Below, piece by piece: positions 51,630 through 64,000 of a stretch of DNA of 64,000 bases. Where the stretch lies: NCBI GenBank assembly GCA_964187785.1, contig OZ076409.1, positions 92,072,001 to 92,136,000 on the forward strand, given 5' to 3'. Under the pieces are notes generated by a model. That model was given only the letters and a program-made list of their open reading frames with translations. It did not search any database and was not told the origin of the DNA. Source of the DNA: Amphiscolops sp. MND2022. Lineage: Eukaryota. A program made the translations under genes and the position numbers. How positions within the stretch are numbered: the first letter of the stretch is position 1; each line of letters starts with the position of its first letter.

Positions 51630-53280
51630 CCCAGTGTTCGAAGCCATGGAACCCTTGCCATGCTCATGGTAAATCTTGCTAAATTATGGTTAACCATGGT
51701 ACCCTTGTCAAGATCATGGCAAATCATGATACATGGAACGCTTGTCAAGATCATGGCAAGATCTTGACAAGATAACTATGGTAAGACATGTAGGCTGGTA
51801 TTAATTGTGCATAATTTATTCTTTTCGCAAAAATTCCTTGTCGTCGCAATTTCTGAATTAGCCATTGTAATAACTTTTGACATAACAGTTATTGATCGAG
51901 AATAGTTTTTTAATTGAAAATTATCCAAAACTTGCTCAATAATTTGCTGCACCTATTGACCGAGTTTTGTTACTTGAGAGCACGGCATTGTTACTACTAT
52001 CATAAACTATCATACAAAGCAAACTCTGAATCTAGATATTGCCACTTGCGGGTTTGCGATATAGGTGTGAAAACCAACTTTTCTAGCTATGATTAGCTTA
52101 CAATTATGCAAATCATGCTGTTATCTTATCTATTGAGGTAACGGGTTCTAATTACTGAAGTTCCAGAATGCAGTAAAAACGATTACCAGAAATTTCGTCG
52201 TCAGAAATTTCGTCGCCAGACATTTCGTCGTCGGAAATTTCGTCGTCGGAAATTTCGTCGTCAGAAATTTCGTCGTCAGAAATTTCGTCGTCGGTGATTA
52301 CATTATATAAACCGTCGCATTTTCTCTATTCTTTTAGGGATCGTTTTATCATTGAGTCCTAATAATTATCGAGTCTTGTTAATTATCTTAATAATTATCG
52401 ATAATTGTGCAATTATTGCAATCATTGACTACTTTTAGTTATGGTTTTGAGAAAAAATAGTTTCGGGCCCCCCAGATACACCTTGTTTCTATCCCCCCAA
52501 CACGAACTTGTTTCGACACTTAAAGCAAAAAATACCAAGATTTTTAAAATAATTTTTTGATTAAAAAAACAAAAAGTCACCTCTGGAACAAGCCTAAATT
52601 GTATTGCAAAGCCCCGGTGAGTAGTTCCACAGGTAGGACTGAAAATAGGTATACCATTGCTCAATAAGCTTCTTGATGAGTTGATTAGATGCAATTAACT
52701 TTTTGATCCAATATTGGTGTCAAACTAAAACTTGTTCTTAAGATCTAACTTAATAACTTAATAATTGAATAATTAAAATGATGTCTTTTCGTTAACGCTG
52801 TTAATTCTAATCAATACGACGAAATTTCTGACGACGAAATTTCTGACGACGAAATTTCTGACGACGAAATTTCTGGATTTGCTAATACGACGAAATTTCC
52901 TACGACGAAATTTCTGACGACGAAATTTCTGGCGACGAAATTTCCGCCTCCCGTAAAAACTTATAATGGTCGGAGCAAAAACATTTTTCCTTTAATGTCT
53001 TGAGTATCATTTTTTCTTCTGTTCAACCCTATACATGTCTGTTGTTTTGTCCGAATAAATTTTTAGATACTAGTTACAATTTGAAAATAAGAGCTCTGAA
53101 TTTTCCAAATGTTTCGCTAATGGTACCATGGAACCCTTGCCAAGATCATGGTTAATCATGGTTAGCCTTTGCACGATCTTCCATGGCCATGATCATGGCA
53201 AGATCATGGCAAGATATCGGCAAGACTAGCAAGAACTTGCCATGGATCTCGGCAAGGGTACCATGGCTTCCAACACTGGG
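51630..53280. mobile_element. Non-autonomous CACTA/EnSpm-like element
   Basis: 30-bp TIR cccagtgttcgaagccatggaacccttgcc / ggcaagggtaccatggcttccaacactggg, 2-bp TSD ac, subterminal caagatcatgg repeats. Confidence 0.8.
52181..52952. mobile_element. Nested foldback (MULE-like) element with inverted 15-bp tandem arrays
   Basis: (aaatttcgtcgtcag)n at 52190-52293, inverted at 52816-52945; 8-bp TSD gtaaaaac at 52173-52180 / 52953-52960. Confidence 0.8.
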
Positions 53281-53389
53281 ACAGTCAAACATTTTACCTC
53301 TCGGCCGTATGCACTTAAAACTTGCATGATTAACCAGATTCTATTTACGGAATCGTCAAGATTTTTGAAAAAAAACTCCTGTTTGCCAG

Positions 53390-53990
53390 CCCTTGAGCCA
53401 GCTTCAGCTGCTTCTTTCGATCAGTGCATTCGCTAGCGTATTTTTCCAAAATGCCTCAAAATAGCTAAAGTCATCCTAATGTTCGAAAATGATATGAAAT
53501 TGAACCGAATAACTATCGCCCAATGTGGTCAATGAGCTCTGTAAGTGAAGTGTTTGAGAATTTGATCCAAATACGAATGACCAAATTTTTTGGAAAAATT
53601 GTCATCAAAAATCAATATGTTTTCCGGACAAAAAGTTAGGTCGTGCACGGATGCAATTGAGTCGATTATTGAAGTCCTTAGAATGAAACTTCTCGGGAAA
53701 GGGCTTTTTCAGTAGATCCCAAGCAACCTTTTGACACAATCGGCCACAAAATCGTGTTGCCAAAAGTGGAAACTTATTGCTATCGAGCATCTAGAGTTGA
53801 TATCATGAAGAATTATCTCAGTGATATATTTGTAGACATGAAAGAAAACCGAACAAGTCTAACTTGGATCACATCTGGTTTGTCCTCAAGGATCCGCCTT
53901 GTGAACTTTCCGCTTCCAATTTTATGTCTTTAACTTGGATCCTTGCAGCCGAAATAGTAAAGTGAGTGTATATGGTTGCCGATAATTGTA
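53390..53990 (+). pseudogene. Decayed LINE reverse transcriptase fragment
   Basis: FPKCLKIAKVI...NNYRP...SEVFE, FDTIGH and a degenerate PQGS region. Confidence 0.7.
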
Positions 53991-54996
53991 CATCATTGAA
54001 AGCAACGAAAAATTTTCGTTGCTGCAACTTTCATGCTGCAGTCAGAGATAGATTCAGTTTCCGAAATCACAAGTTTCAGTCAAGCAATCACAAATGGTCC
54101 GGACTACGATCACTCTGGAACAATAACACATTGTGAATGATGCATTGATCAGTATATGGTGTGAAGTGTGAAATTCCAGTTGCAATTACAAGCACTTTAT
54201 GCAGCTAAATTCAATGACAAAAGTATTCAATTTATTCCTGTTTGACCATATTTATCTCCAACAAAACAATCCAAGACCATTCAAAGTCCGCGTTCCGCTC
54301 AAGGTTCAAACAAAGGAGAGGGGTTTTGAAGGAACAAAGATCTAATTTTTGAAAAATTCACACAAAAGTTTTACACTGCCGGGAAACACAAAAAGAGACA
54401 TTTCAAGTTTGCGAAACGTCAAAAGTGAATGGGTATCCTTTGTTCAAATGACGTATTTTTTTCGAACAGTGACGAAAAAACAGTTTTATCACAACTGATG
54501 AGAAAACTATCATCACCTGACCAGGAAATAACCAAAAAGGTCACCATCAAGACTCGCGAAACACAGCAAAAACTTCAAATATTTTGTACAAAAATAGTTC
54601 CAAAAAATTATCCAATTTTGTCTTTTGAACATTTCGATACTCGCATGGTGCTTTGAAAACCCTCATTAAACCTTTGCTGTTTGCTAAAATGCTAAAAGCA
54701 AAGGGAACACTTGATTTTGAAAACATTCGGGAGAAAAGTTGCAGTGCCAGAAACTTATATTCCCTTAATGAAATATGTCAATTCGCAGGTCTTTTAAAAA
54801 ATCCTCCACTACAGTCAGCTTTTTCTAACGAAAAGCAACGACAAAAAATTCTTTAATTGCATTGCCATCTCTTGATCTCTCTGAGGATTTGTTTTTCATT
54901 CGAGTTTTTTTTCCTTTCTGAGGAAGATTTTCAAATCTTCCCTTCAAATTATTCGAAGAAAGAAAAAGTGTTATGAATTGTTCAAATAGCTTGTTC

Positions 54997-55185
54997 TGTG
55001 GCGTGAATCTAGATGCACACATACTAGAGCTGAGATGATACCTAGGTTGCCTTGACAAGAGACCATGGTCCCACTACAACGCGGGACACCAGTTTCTGAC
55101 CCAAAAGTGGTCTCCTAAAGGAGCCTCCTCGTTTAGAGATCTGTGGCGATGTGCTGGCCCACTCAGTGTCCTGACACGTCCCACA
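54997..55185 (+). repeat. Short LTR-like remnant related to the Gypsy LTR family
   Basis: tgtggcgtg...cacgtcccaca ends; shares gatctgtggcgatg with LTR position ~11524. No TSD. Confidence 0.3.
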
Positions 55186-56308
55186 AGCACATAAAAACCA
55201 ATCCTGAGGTTCCTGTGACTCCCTACATACTCATGAAGACCAAAACGCAATAATCTGGAACACATTGTATTGGGTTTCATGGGTGATAAATACAGGATAT
55301 CTAGCAGGACACACACCACCAAGTACATGTAAACTACAATAAAACAACAATATTAAGTCGAGATAGCATCTTTAACAGCCTCAGCCAGTTTAGGATATCA
55401 TTTTTGTAATGAAAATTCCATTCTTCTTCTGTCTTCCGAAAACACCGTCATTCTCTGCTGAGTTCAAGATGGAACACACAATGCACACAATGTCGTATCT
55501 CGTTTTTGAAGGAGATTACCAGGTAGACTATTTTCGGTGACTTCTGGGCGTTCTTTTACTCTTTTTCACTGTCTGGGGTGTTTCTTCCTCGTGCACCGTC
55601 TTATGAACGAGTTTTGGGGTTCGGCCATGTCATATTTTTAATATCGCATATTATTCCGAAGAAACTTTTGGGCATTATCAAGCTGGCATGAATGTCTAAT
55701 AAAAAACAAAAACAAAAAAATTGAAAAGAACAATTATTGCGCCGGAAAAATGCAACCTGTTGATAGCACCGAAAAATGTCTATTGAACGTTTCTGAGTGG
55801 TTCGAAATTGAAATACGAAAGAATTAAGTTTGTTGAATGACTGTGATACATAGTGCCGAACAACAGTGTGTGACGCTGAAAAGTTATTAAACGACGTTCA
55901 TTATTAAAGAAGCAACCAGGAGAAAGATTGGATTTTTCGAATGGACATTCGAAATTACCGAACCGACACCCAATTTCAGTTATCCCTCAGCAAACACTAC
56001 TCGCATACTGCTGGTAGTCAAGATTGAAAATCTACGTGGCTCTAGGAGCAGCATTTTCAAACGTCCTCTCCAGTAGGAAGTGTGATAATCCTCTCCCATA
56101 TGGTTTTGATTTACAGTGTCAACTAAGTCAAGAGTTTGAATGCGAGTTGGTTGTATCGGTGTTCTAATTTCATTTTGTTTCTGATGGCTCGAAAGGTTCA
56201 TCCTGTATTTCGTTTTCTTGATTGTCGGTATCATATGTGTTTGTTTCTTTGTCATTATGATTTGTGCATTTTGTTGTTTCTTTTCTTGATGTAATTTGTT
56301 CGTGATTT

Positions 56309-56863
56309 TTAGTTGGCGCTTTTCGAAGAAAAACGCAGACTATAGTAGTGACTTTTTTTAAGACCAACGAACTGACAGATTTTATAAAGAGCTATAAATA
56401 GCTGAGCTGACTTACAGTAACTGCACTAACAGTAACCGCAACGCTAGCTATCACTGCTGGCACTTGGCATAGAGGTTAATTAGGCTTTTTGAGGTCTGCC
56501 AAGCAGAAGGACGTGGGTTCGAGTCCTGTCCTTGATCAAATTTTTTTGTGCAGGTTTTTTTCGGGTTTGTGAGACTTTTTTCGCAAATTTTTTTAATGTC
56601 TCCAAAGGGTCCACCCTTCATTTTTTTTCTATTTTGCATAAGAATGGATGTTCAAAACCTCCCAAAGGGCCCCTTTTACAATGTTTCGGCACTATGCGAC
56701 TTACCGGAGACCAAAAAATTTCGCAAAAAATTCAAAAAAATTCGGATTTTTCTAAATTTTTCCTCACACGGGTACTGTAGAAGAGAATACTTGACACTTT
56801 GAAGTCCTTTTGCTATTTTTGAGCCTTAGATATGGCGCCGACTTGGGCCGTTCCCGGCTTGTT
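56309..56863 (+). mobile_element. Helentron-type non-autonomous element containing a tRNA-like segment
   Basis: 5' tt-agttggcgcttttc...aaaaacgcagact, 3' ggcgccgact plus hairpin gccg-ttcc-cggc plus ttgtt; internal gggttcgagtcc B-box at ~56515. Confidence 0.7.
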
Positions 56864-59800
56864 TCTATAAGAAACTGATTGCATTCTTTTACTTTTCATC
56901 ACTTCTCTCATCATCTTTACTAGTTTTTCGTCCATTTCTTTTTTGTCAGTTCAGACATTTCTTTGTTTGTTTTATCTGCCATTTTTTGAGTCAACACTTG
57001 CATCCCGTTCTCATTCCGTGTAGCATCAATTGAAACTGCTTCTATGCCCCTAACTGAACTAACATCATCAAAATTACTTAGAGTTTCAATCAAAATTTTG
57101 TTACTTTGTAACACTTCTGCTTCTGAATCACGTAAATCTCTAACAAGTGAGGGTGATTGTCCTCGTCTACATCTTCTGTTCCTTCTGTTTCCCATCTCAA
57201 TCAGGTTAGAATGACGTTTCGCTGGAGAGAAGAATTTTAATTAGGTAGAAAAAAGTCAAAGAATCATTCAACCTAACAGGTTAGCAAAAAAAGTAGGAAT
57301 TAGAAAAAGATAAACTGCAGTTTCTTCTTTTCAAGGGAATAAAAAAGGTAGGTCTGGTTTCAACAGTAGTTTTCTTTGAGGAATGAAGTTTTATTGTTTT
57401 CCCTCTAACTCTCTTTTTGTTGGAGACTCTTTTTAGACGCATGAACGTCGTTTTTTTCAAAGAAATTATCCTCTTGTCAAGGTTATATCATCTCCAAAAA
57501 AAGCACCCCGTTCTTTCATCATTTCTATAACTAGGAGTTTTACAAGACGTAATATCTATTAATTTATTCGTACAAGACGTAATACGCTGCTTTCTGATTG
57601 GCTACTATATTTATCGTAGTGCTTGTGACAGACATCAATGAAAGGAAAAAGGAATGCAGTATGGGTCATTTCTTTTACTTTTCGTACAACGTTGAACAGA
57701 TGCGAGTGGATACAAATTAGTCATAATATTTGACATATCGAAGGAGTGAAATTGCACTGCATTACGCCGCCAACTTAGTACGGCAGTTGAGCTAAATAGG
57801 TAAGTTCAACATGTGTTATTGCTTCATATAAGTTGCACATACTTTATTTATTTCACAGTTAAGTCCATAAACATGTACTACGTAACAAAAAAAACAAACA
57901 CCATGTACATCATGTTAACTTGTTTTTAAATGAACAAAATTCACAAGATATGTGTGCCATTAATGTTAACAAAATTCACAATTACTGTTACTGAAAAACT
58001 ATATATAAAAGTACATGACACAAAATTTATAAAGTAACAAGTGTTTAAATGAATGTTTTGAGACGGGAAAAAGCATTTGCCGTTTGTTATTGCTACACTT
58101 GGAACCCATTGCAAGCTCTAGGCTGAGACACATCAGCGTTCTTGAAACAAATGAGTGCGACGTCATACCCGTCCTGATACGAACGCGACTTGTTTTTGAC
58201 CCTGATTGTCTCACCTGGTTTTTCGGTAACCATTGCATAAACTGCCAGGGAATCTAGGGCAACTTCATCGTCTGTCTTTTCGCACCAGTGACAAAGTTCT
58301 TGCACATGAGGCATCACAGGCGAGTCAAGTTGTGCTTTTCTGAAGTTCATCTGCCCATGTATGTTTTTGTGATCTTGGGCCACGTTCGCTCTAGCTAGAG
58401 CAGGGTTGTTGTGTACTCCCTGCGTGTACAGATAAAACTACACAGTGGAATTGTAGTAATACTGGGCATTATATGGGTTTTTAGGGTGTTGGATTTTGGC
58501 TATTCCACTGTTCTGAAACTGGATTGAATCTGGAGTGATCAGGTTTGACATTTGTACTTGAGCGTTTACAGCACTCAAAGGACTTTCGAGGGGCGTCTGC
58601 AATATCCTTCTGTCATGGTTATTCACATGTATTTGGTTGGGTAGTAGATTTTTACAAAGTATCACAACTGGGGTTATTGGTATAGGTTTATTGGAACCTT
58701 AGCATTAGGGTTGTTATGATGATTGTTGGTGGTTTTGTTTAGAAATGTAAGTTCTTGCATTATTTACCTTCTCAGAACGGATTGGGGAACCGCTAGCACA
58801 TGTTTGCCGTAACTATCTCTCGGAACATAGGCAAAAATAGCAATCAGCAGTAAATCTTCATCAATACTCCCACCTGTTTCAAAGAATGGTATAGGAGAAA
58901 TATAAGACAGCTCTGTGTGTCAGATATCACCCTCAATCTTTCTTTTTTGATCTGAGTACCAATAACATCTGTTATTGAGTTTTCTTCTGGATCGATTTCA
59001 CCGACTGAGAACAGTATAGATGCATCTTCTTCACCAAAAGCCGTCATCGGGTTGTCAAAAGGACACCAATATTGATTCTCAGATTTATAGTCTCAGAGTA
59101 AGGTTGCTTCACTACACATTCATCTCCATAATGTCCAAATATAATATGTATCCGGAAAAGTTTCTATTGATTGCATATGTTCAACAATTGTGAAGAGATG
59201 AGGGTTGGTGGATGCTCTGTTTCCCGTTTGGGCTTAATAGTGTTAACTGAATTATTCAATGAAACTTGCTAGAAAAGAGATCTCTTGTTTCTTTCAACTG
59301 TTGGGTATTTTCCCGTTTTCTCGCGATATTGTAAAGTTTCCGCGATGTCATATTTTCTTTTAGGTAACCGTTTTCCCTGGTTTCTGGGATGCTTGTTGGA
59401 TTTTATTTCAGTTTCTCTTTTAAATAGCTCCAATAAAAGTAGTAATTTACCTTATGGTCTCCATTCATGATGAATAATCAGTTTAATCATAAAACCTAAC
59501 TAAGTGTCGACGATTCATAGGTAATTGGAAACAATTTATGAATAGAAGTTTCAACAAGGAACTTCCTTCGGGAATTAGGTTTATTTTTTGAATAATAAAA
59601 GAACTGATGGTGAATGTCAAGTAAGAAAGTTTTCGACGATAACCGTCTTTATCAACTGAAATAAAAATACCAAACAATTAAACAATATTTAACAGGTTAG
59701 TTTCAAAAAAGTGAAAGGAAACAAATTATAAGTGCTATCAAAATACTGTATTCGTTACAGAAAGATGCAATTTTTATGATTAGGACATTTAAGCTAATAT

Positions 59801-61899
59801 ATTCTGACAATCGACCCAATGCTCGAGACGATTCAAATTTTGATGGTCAGTTCCATTTGTATATATTCCTCTCTGGTGTTAGCGGCCAGTTTTTTAATAT
59901 TTAATTATTTCTTTTTTGATTTTAACAAATTTCGGTTATGGAAATTTTACAATCATTTCAAAATAAAGAATCACCAAGAAGTTCAAAAAGGCAAACTTCC
60001 GAACAGTACAAATAACTCATGATTGAGAACATTTTTTCAAACAAATGAGCGCGACAGGTTTTGGACTCTGTCTAGATGTCGCATTTTAGCAATTGTACAG
60101 ACTGCTCTCGAATTGAAGTATGTGATCATGCGGTGTTGATCTCTTTTAATGTCAATCTCGATTTGCGCTGTACTGCATGGTGCGTTCTATTTCCACCAAT
60201 ACCACCAAACTAAGGGATGATGAGTCTTGCGTATGTGGAATGTTTCAGCAAGGTTATCCAATACACCAATTTTTCTGGCAGGTTTGATTGGTTCCTAATT
60301 AGCTCAACCAAACAGCGCGCAGTACTTGCGCAACTATGCCTGCTCGTAATTTGCCCAACCGGAAGCAACACGTGACTCTACCTGTTTTGCAATTTGATGA
60401 ATATCAGTCAAATTCTGGTTTTCAAGTCTTCTCGCTTCTCTAAACATCTAGCTACGTATTTTTCGATTTTTGTAGATTCAATAACTTCTTGTGGTTGTAT
60501 TGATTAATTTCGTCATTGCTGATTCGTAATAACCATTTTGCAAATTTATTATTACTCAATTGCTGATTCACTTTCATCACTTCATTATGCCCCGTTTTTG
60601 GCCGGTATCACATCAACGTGATACCTCAAAGTCATCTTCGAAGTGACATCCAGCTAATGCCCACAAGAATTGAAACCAGTACACACTTCCTCGATATCTG
60701 GTAAACTTGAAGTTTAGTGTTTTTCTGACGAAGCCAGACTGTAATTTTGTTTTCTGAGTTGTCTCGAATTGTAATATGAGTTGGCCCGACTCACATTTTT
60801 GTCGACTATTTTCCGATTTGCAACATTTGAGCGAAAATATCACGTTCCTGGTGCTCATTACAACACAAAATTTCGGAATTGTTTCAAAATCTTCCCCAGA
60901 CAAACCAACCAAATAGCAGTTCGCACATTTCGGCTAATCCCATTTGGCCAAAAACCACACGCCCTGTTTCATTGAGTACTATACATTGCCCCAGAGTTTC
61001 ACTTGACCGAATTAATCTTCATACTTCACTCCCCAAGTTCTCCTAGAAGACGATTTTAGTCAATATGTGGAAACCACAAACTTGAGTGAAGACCCCACAA
61101 CCATGATGGGCCTGCCAGACAGCCTAACGCATTATTACACTGTTTCCGAACCGTGCATTGCAGCTTTAGATCGCAAGCTTCTTATCTCATCATAATTCCC
61201 TTTTCATTTTTGTTTCTATGTATATAGTTCTCAGTGTGCGTCAGAAGCTTCACAGCATGATGCAGCTTAATTGTTTCTTTTGATTCAATCTTTTATTTCG
61301 AATTCAGTTGTAACTCAATGCTATGTAACATAAAAAGTCACTAGATGAATCATATCGTAATCGTAACAAACTCTGTTGAGATTTGCACGTGCCCAGATTT
61401 ATCATCACCCTCGTTTTTTCATTACTTTTGTTAATTTCTGGCACGTGATCTTTGAACTTTCTTTCTGTAATAGTCACTGTTTTGGTCCGGGAGGGCACCA
61501 ATTTCGATTACGACCTGTCACAGGCGATGGAAATGTGGACCATATAATCTCGAATAGGGATGAAGATGTAACCCACCTGCACGACAGCAGACTTATTTCC
61601 ATTTAACAAATTTCACATGCAAGAGTACCTTCAGTTTCCCTTTTCATCCTTTCTCTTTGTTTTATTAGTTCCTGTCTTTCCTTTCCAGCCTACCGGAATG
61701 GACAACGCGTGATCATCAATGATCGTGTTTCCGTTGCGCGACTCTTCATTACTCGCAACATCCTCTGCAAATGCAATTAATCCACCTCTCGCAATTTTTC
61801 TTTTGTATTTTGTTTGACAAAGGTTCTTTTGACTGATTCTAATATTCGTTATAATTCATTTCTGTTTTGGACCATTCAATTTTCAAGGAGGTACATACG

Positions 61900-62710
61900 A
61901 CAGAACTTGAGGCTTCCGAAAATTCAACAGGTTTTCGCGTTCATATATTAGCAGCTACAGGTCATCGTTCCTGCCTCACGTCTTGGCAACGTTGCTGATT
62001 GCGATAGCCACTTCGGTATCGACATGGAAGACACGACATTGTCTTATAAGGTGATAGACGAGTTTCTTCAAATTCGAGGGACTTTTCTGACCTCATAAAT
62101 GGGAGCTAAATCTGCACTTCCAGACATTTTGTTGGTCAAGCCATCCCTTCTTCAGATGTTTTATAAAGACTTTGCGTATTCTCTGTTGATACGAATGCAG
62201 AGCATCGTAGAGTGAGTTGTTTCGTCTCTTTCGCTCCTGCTGCGAAACTTTGCCAGGCCCCTGTGATGCTCCCGCTTTGTTCTATAGAAATGAATCATAT
62301 GCCGTTCAGTTCACTTCTGCAGTCAGGGATCTTCAACGTACAATTGCTTCCATCCACAAATCGAGAGTCTGCTTTTGCTGCATTCGCTTTACCCCGTGTC
62401 TATCAATTACTAGATCATGGCCTTTTAATCTTTTCACGCTCAAATTCTCTGTTTAAACGTTGCTATCATCCAGCTAGTTCCACAAGATAGAGATTTGTAT
62501 TCTCTGGGACCTTAATATGTGAAGAATGGTTCGTCACAGGAGATTAGGAAAAGATCTGAAAGAAGCCCTTATCTACCGAAGACAGCCCAACGGTCCGTCG
62601 TTCGATCAATATTCCGATGATCCCCGTTCAGATCCGCTGTAGTACCGGTGGCAAGAAGAGAAAAAGAAGAAAAAGAAGAAGAAGAGTAGTCCCGTTTCAG
62701 TTTAGAAGAA
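61900..62710 (+). pseudogene. Possible decayed homologue of the antisense gene's C-terminus, convergent with the integrase at 62890-63996
   Basis: ECRAS*SELFRLFRSCCETLPGP...FTSAVRDLQ loosely parallels ELLQTREHICYLFKFSCLCLTSVSP...VVLPCQ; same position relative to the integrase. Confidence 0.4.
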
Positions 62711-62889
62711 TTAGTTTGTTTCTCTTTAAACTGCTTTGTCTTGAAGACAAATACCTTCATTTTTGACTTTATTATTATAAAGTATTTAGTATTATCGTTT
62801 TATTTTCTAGTTATGATAACAGTTCAAGTTAAGAAGCAGCGAGTTCAGTCTTGACAGTCTTCAGTTTGGTATACGTTTGTCTTTTAAGT

Positions 62890-63996
62890 CTGAGAATTTA
62901 GCGTTGGGGTCGGAACTTGTTTCTACCGGGGTATCCCATATATTTTTTCGGAAAATCGAGAGTAGATGAGTGGTTCATCGGAACCTAATCATGTGTACCC
63001 TCTTGTTCATGATCAGGGAATTCTATATCAAATGTATTTGTACCAAAATTTGTAGCCCAAGTTTTTGTATATGAAGCATCATGTCTAAAAGTTATGTTAT
63101 CGTTTTTCTGCCAGTCTCATTCTCTGACAAAATTATCGGCCAGCGCTGCGGTAGGTTTGAATTTAACGTAACCGTGAACAATTTCTAGTAGATGTGTATT
63201 GTTGATCCCTAATCTCCGTACTAGGTAGTTTTTGTTAGGCAATACTACTTAGACTTCGAACGGGATAAACCATCTAAATTCTCGAAAACGAGTTTTTGTT
63301 GCGTGTCCGCGTTCGGGTTCAGTCTGTAGCAAACGACCGTTGTTTTTACCAGTGAGGCTTTTGCTCTGCTGTCATTATAAGGTTTTTATTTCAAAGGTGA
63401 CTACAAGATGTTCTTTTTAGTTTGGTAATGCAGTAGCGTCATTTGACGTTGTAACTCTTCTGCATTTTTAGATTGCGGAGTGTATCTTGGTTGTGTGTTA
63501 TAGCATAGCTTGTAGCCTAGTGTGTCATGTGGTTTTCTGCTGTAGAATTCTCAGGTGGGTTCGCATCCTATTAATTCACTTTGTATGTTGTATTATGGTT
63601 GAGAACAGCTAGTTGTTAAAACTTATGCTTGTTGTGCGAAACTCACCAGTTGCTGCTATCAACTTGTTTTTACTGTAGCTTGAGTTCGTTCTAACATGCC
63701 AATCGTCTGCGCATGCTTTGTTGATGCATGGTTTATTTATGGTTTATTTCAATCCCGATTACTGCGGCTACTTCTCGTGTGATTTACGAAATGAACTGGG
63801 TGTCCATGTTAGTTATAATTGTTAATGATGGCAAATACGTGTGTTTACACAGTCTGTCCATAATGATTCTTGCAATTGCAGGAACTGCGAATGGAGTTGT
63901 TGGATATGCAAATAGATATCGTGAAAAGACAATAATTGCCGTTATTATGTTATCAAAACCTCTGCTAGGTGAGAGAGTAAATAGAATGTCCATTTG
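62890..63996 (-). pseudogene. pol: Decayed Gypsy integrase of the same broad family as 30-1313
   Basis: MDIL...IITAIIVFSRYLFAYP...KHTYLP, TIGMLERTQA, GCEPT, and a PNA.FSD-like tail. Confidence 0.85.
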
Positions 63997-64000
63997 AAGT

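Noticed and set aside
57900..61600. Several short ORFs (e.g. 58093-58383, 60613-60912)
   Set aside because: Probably decayed element fragments; no motif I can support.

Overview
Eukaryotic, animal-like, repeat-dominated genomic DNA with two 200-N assembly gaps (6616-6815, 43715-43914); no prokaryotic system or CRISPR array is evident. Main contents: (1) the 3' part of a Ty3/Gypsy element (1-~6615) whose integrase converges on a large antisense gene with five predicted GT-AG introns, encoding a BED-finger protein that looks like a catalytically dead hAT transposase derivative; a decayed second example of this layout may lie at ~61900-64000. (2) A full-length 15.6-kb Gypsy element (10994-26560) with ~99% identical LTRs, a ~4.5-kb leader containing degenerate ~700-bp repeats, a possible duplicated protease domain, and two TARG1/Poa1p-like macrodomains after the integrase. 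(3) A Ty1/Copia element (35026-39778, minus strand) with TG...GA ends, a 5-bp TSD and an RT deletion; its 5' LTR plus flank is tandemly duplicated. (4) Tc1, MULE, CACTA-like, hAT-like MITE, Helentron-type and LINE remnants. (5) The first coding segment of a Cys-loop (nAChR-like) receptor gene and exons of a small secreted-protein gene. All calls come from reading motifs by eye; no database searches were run.
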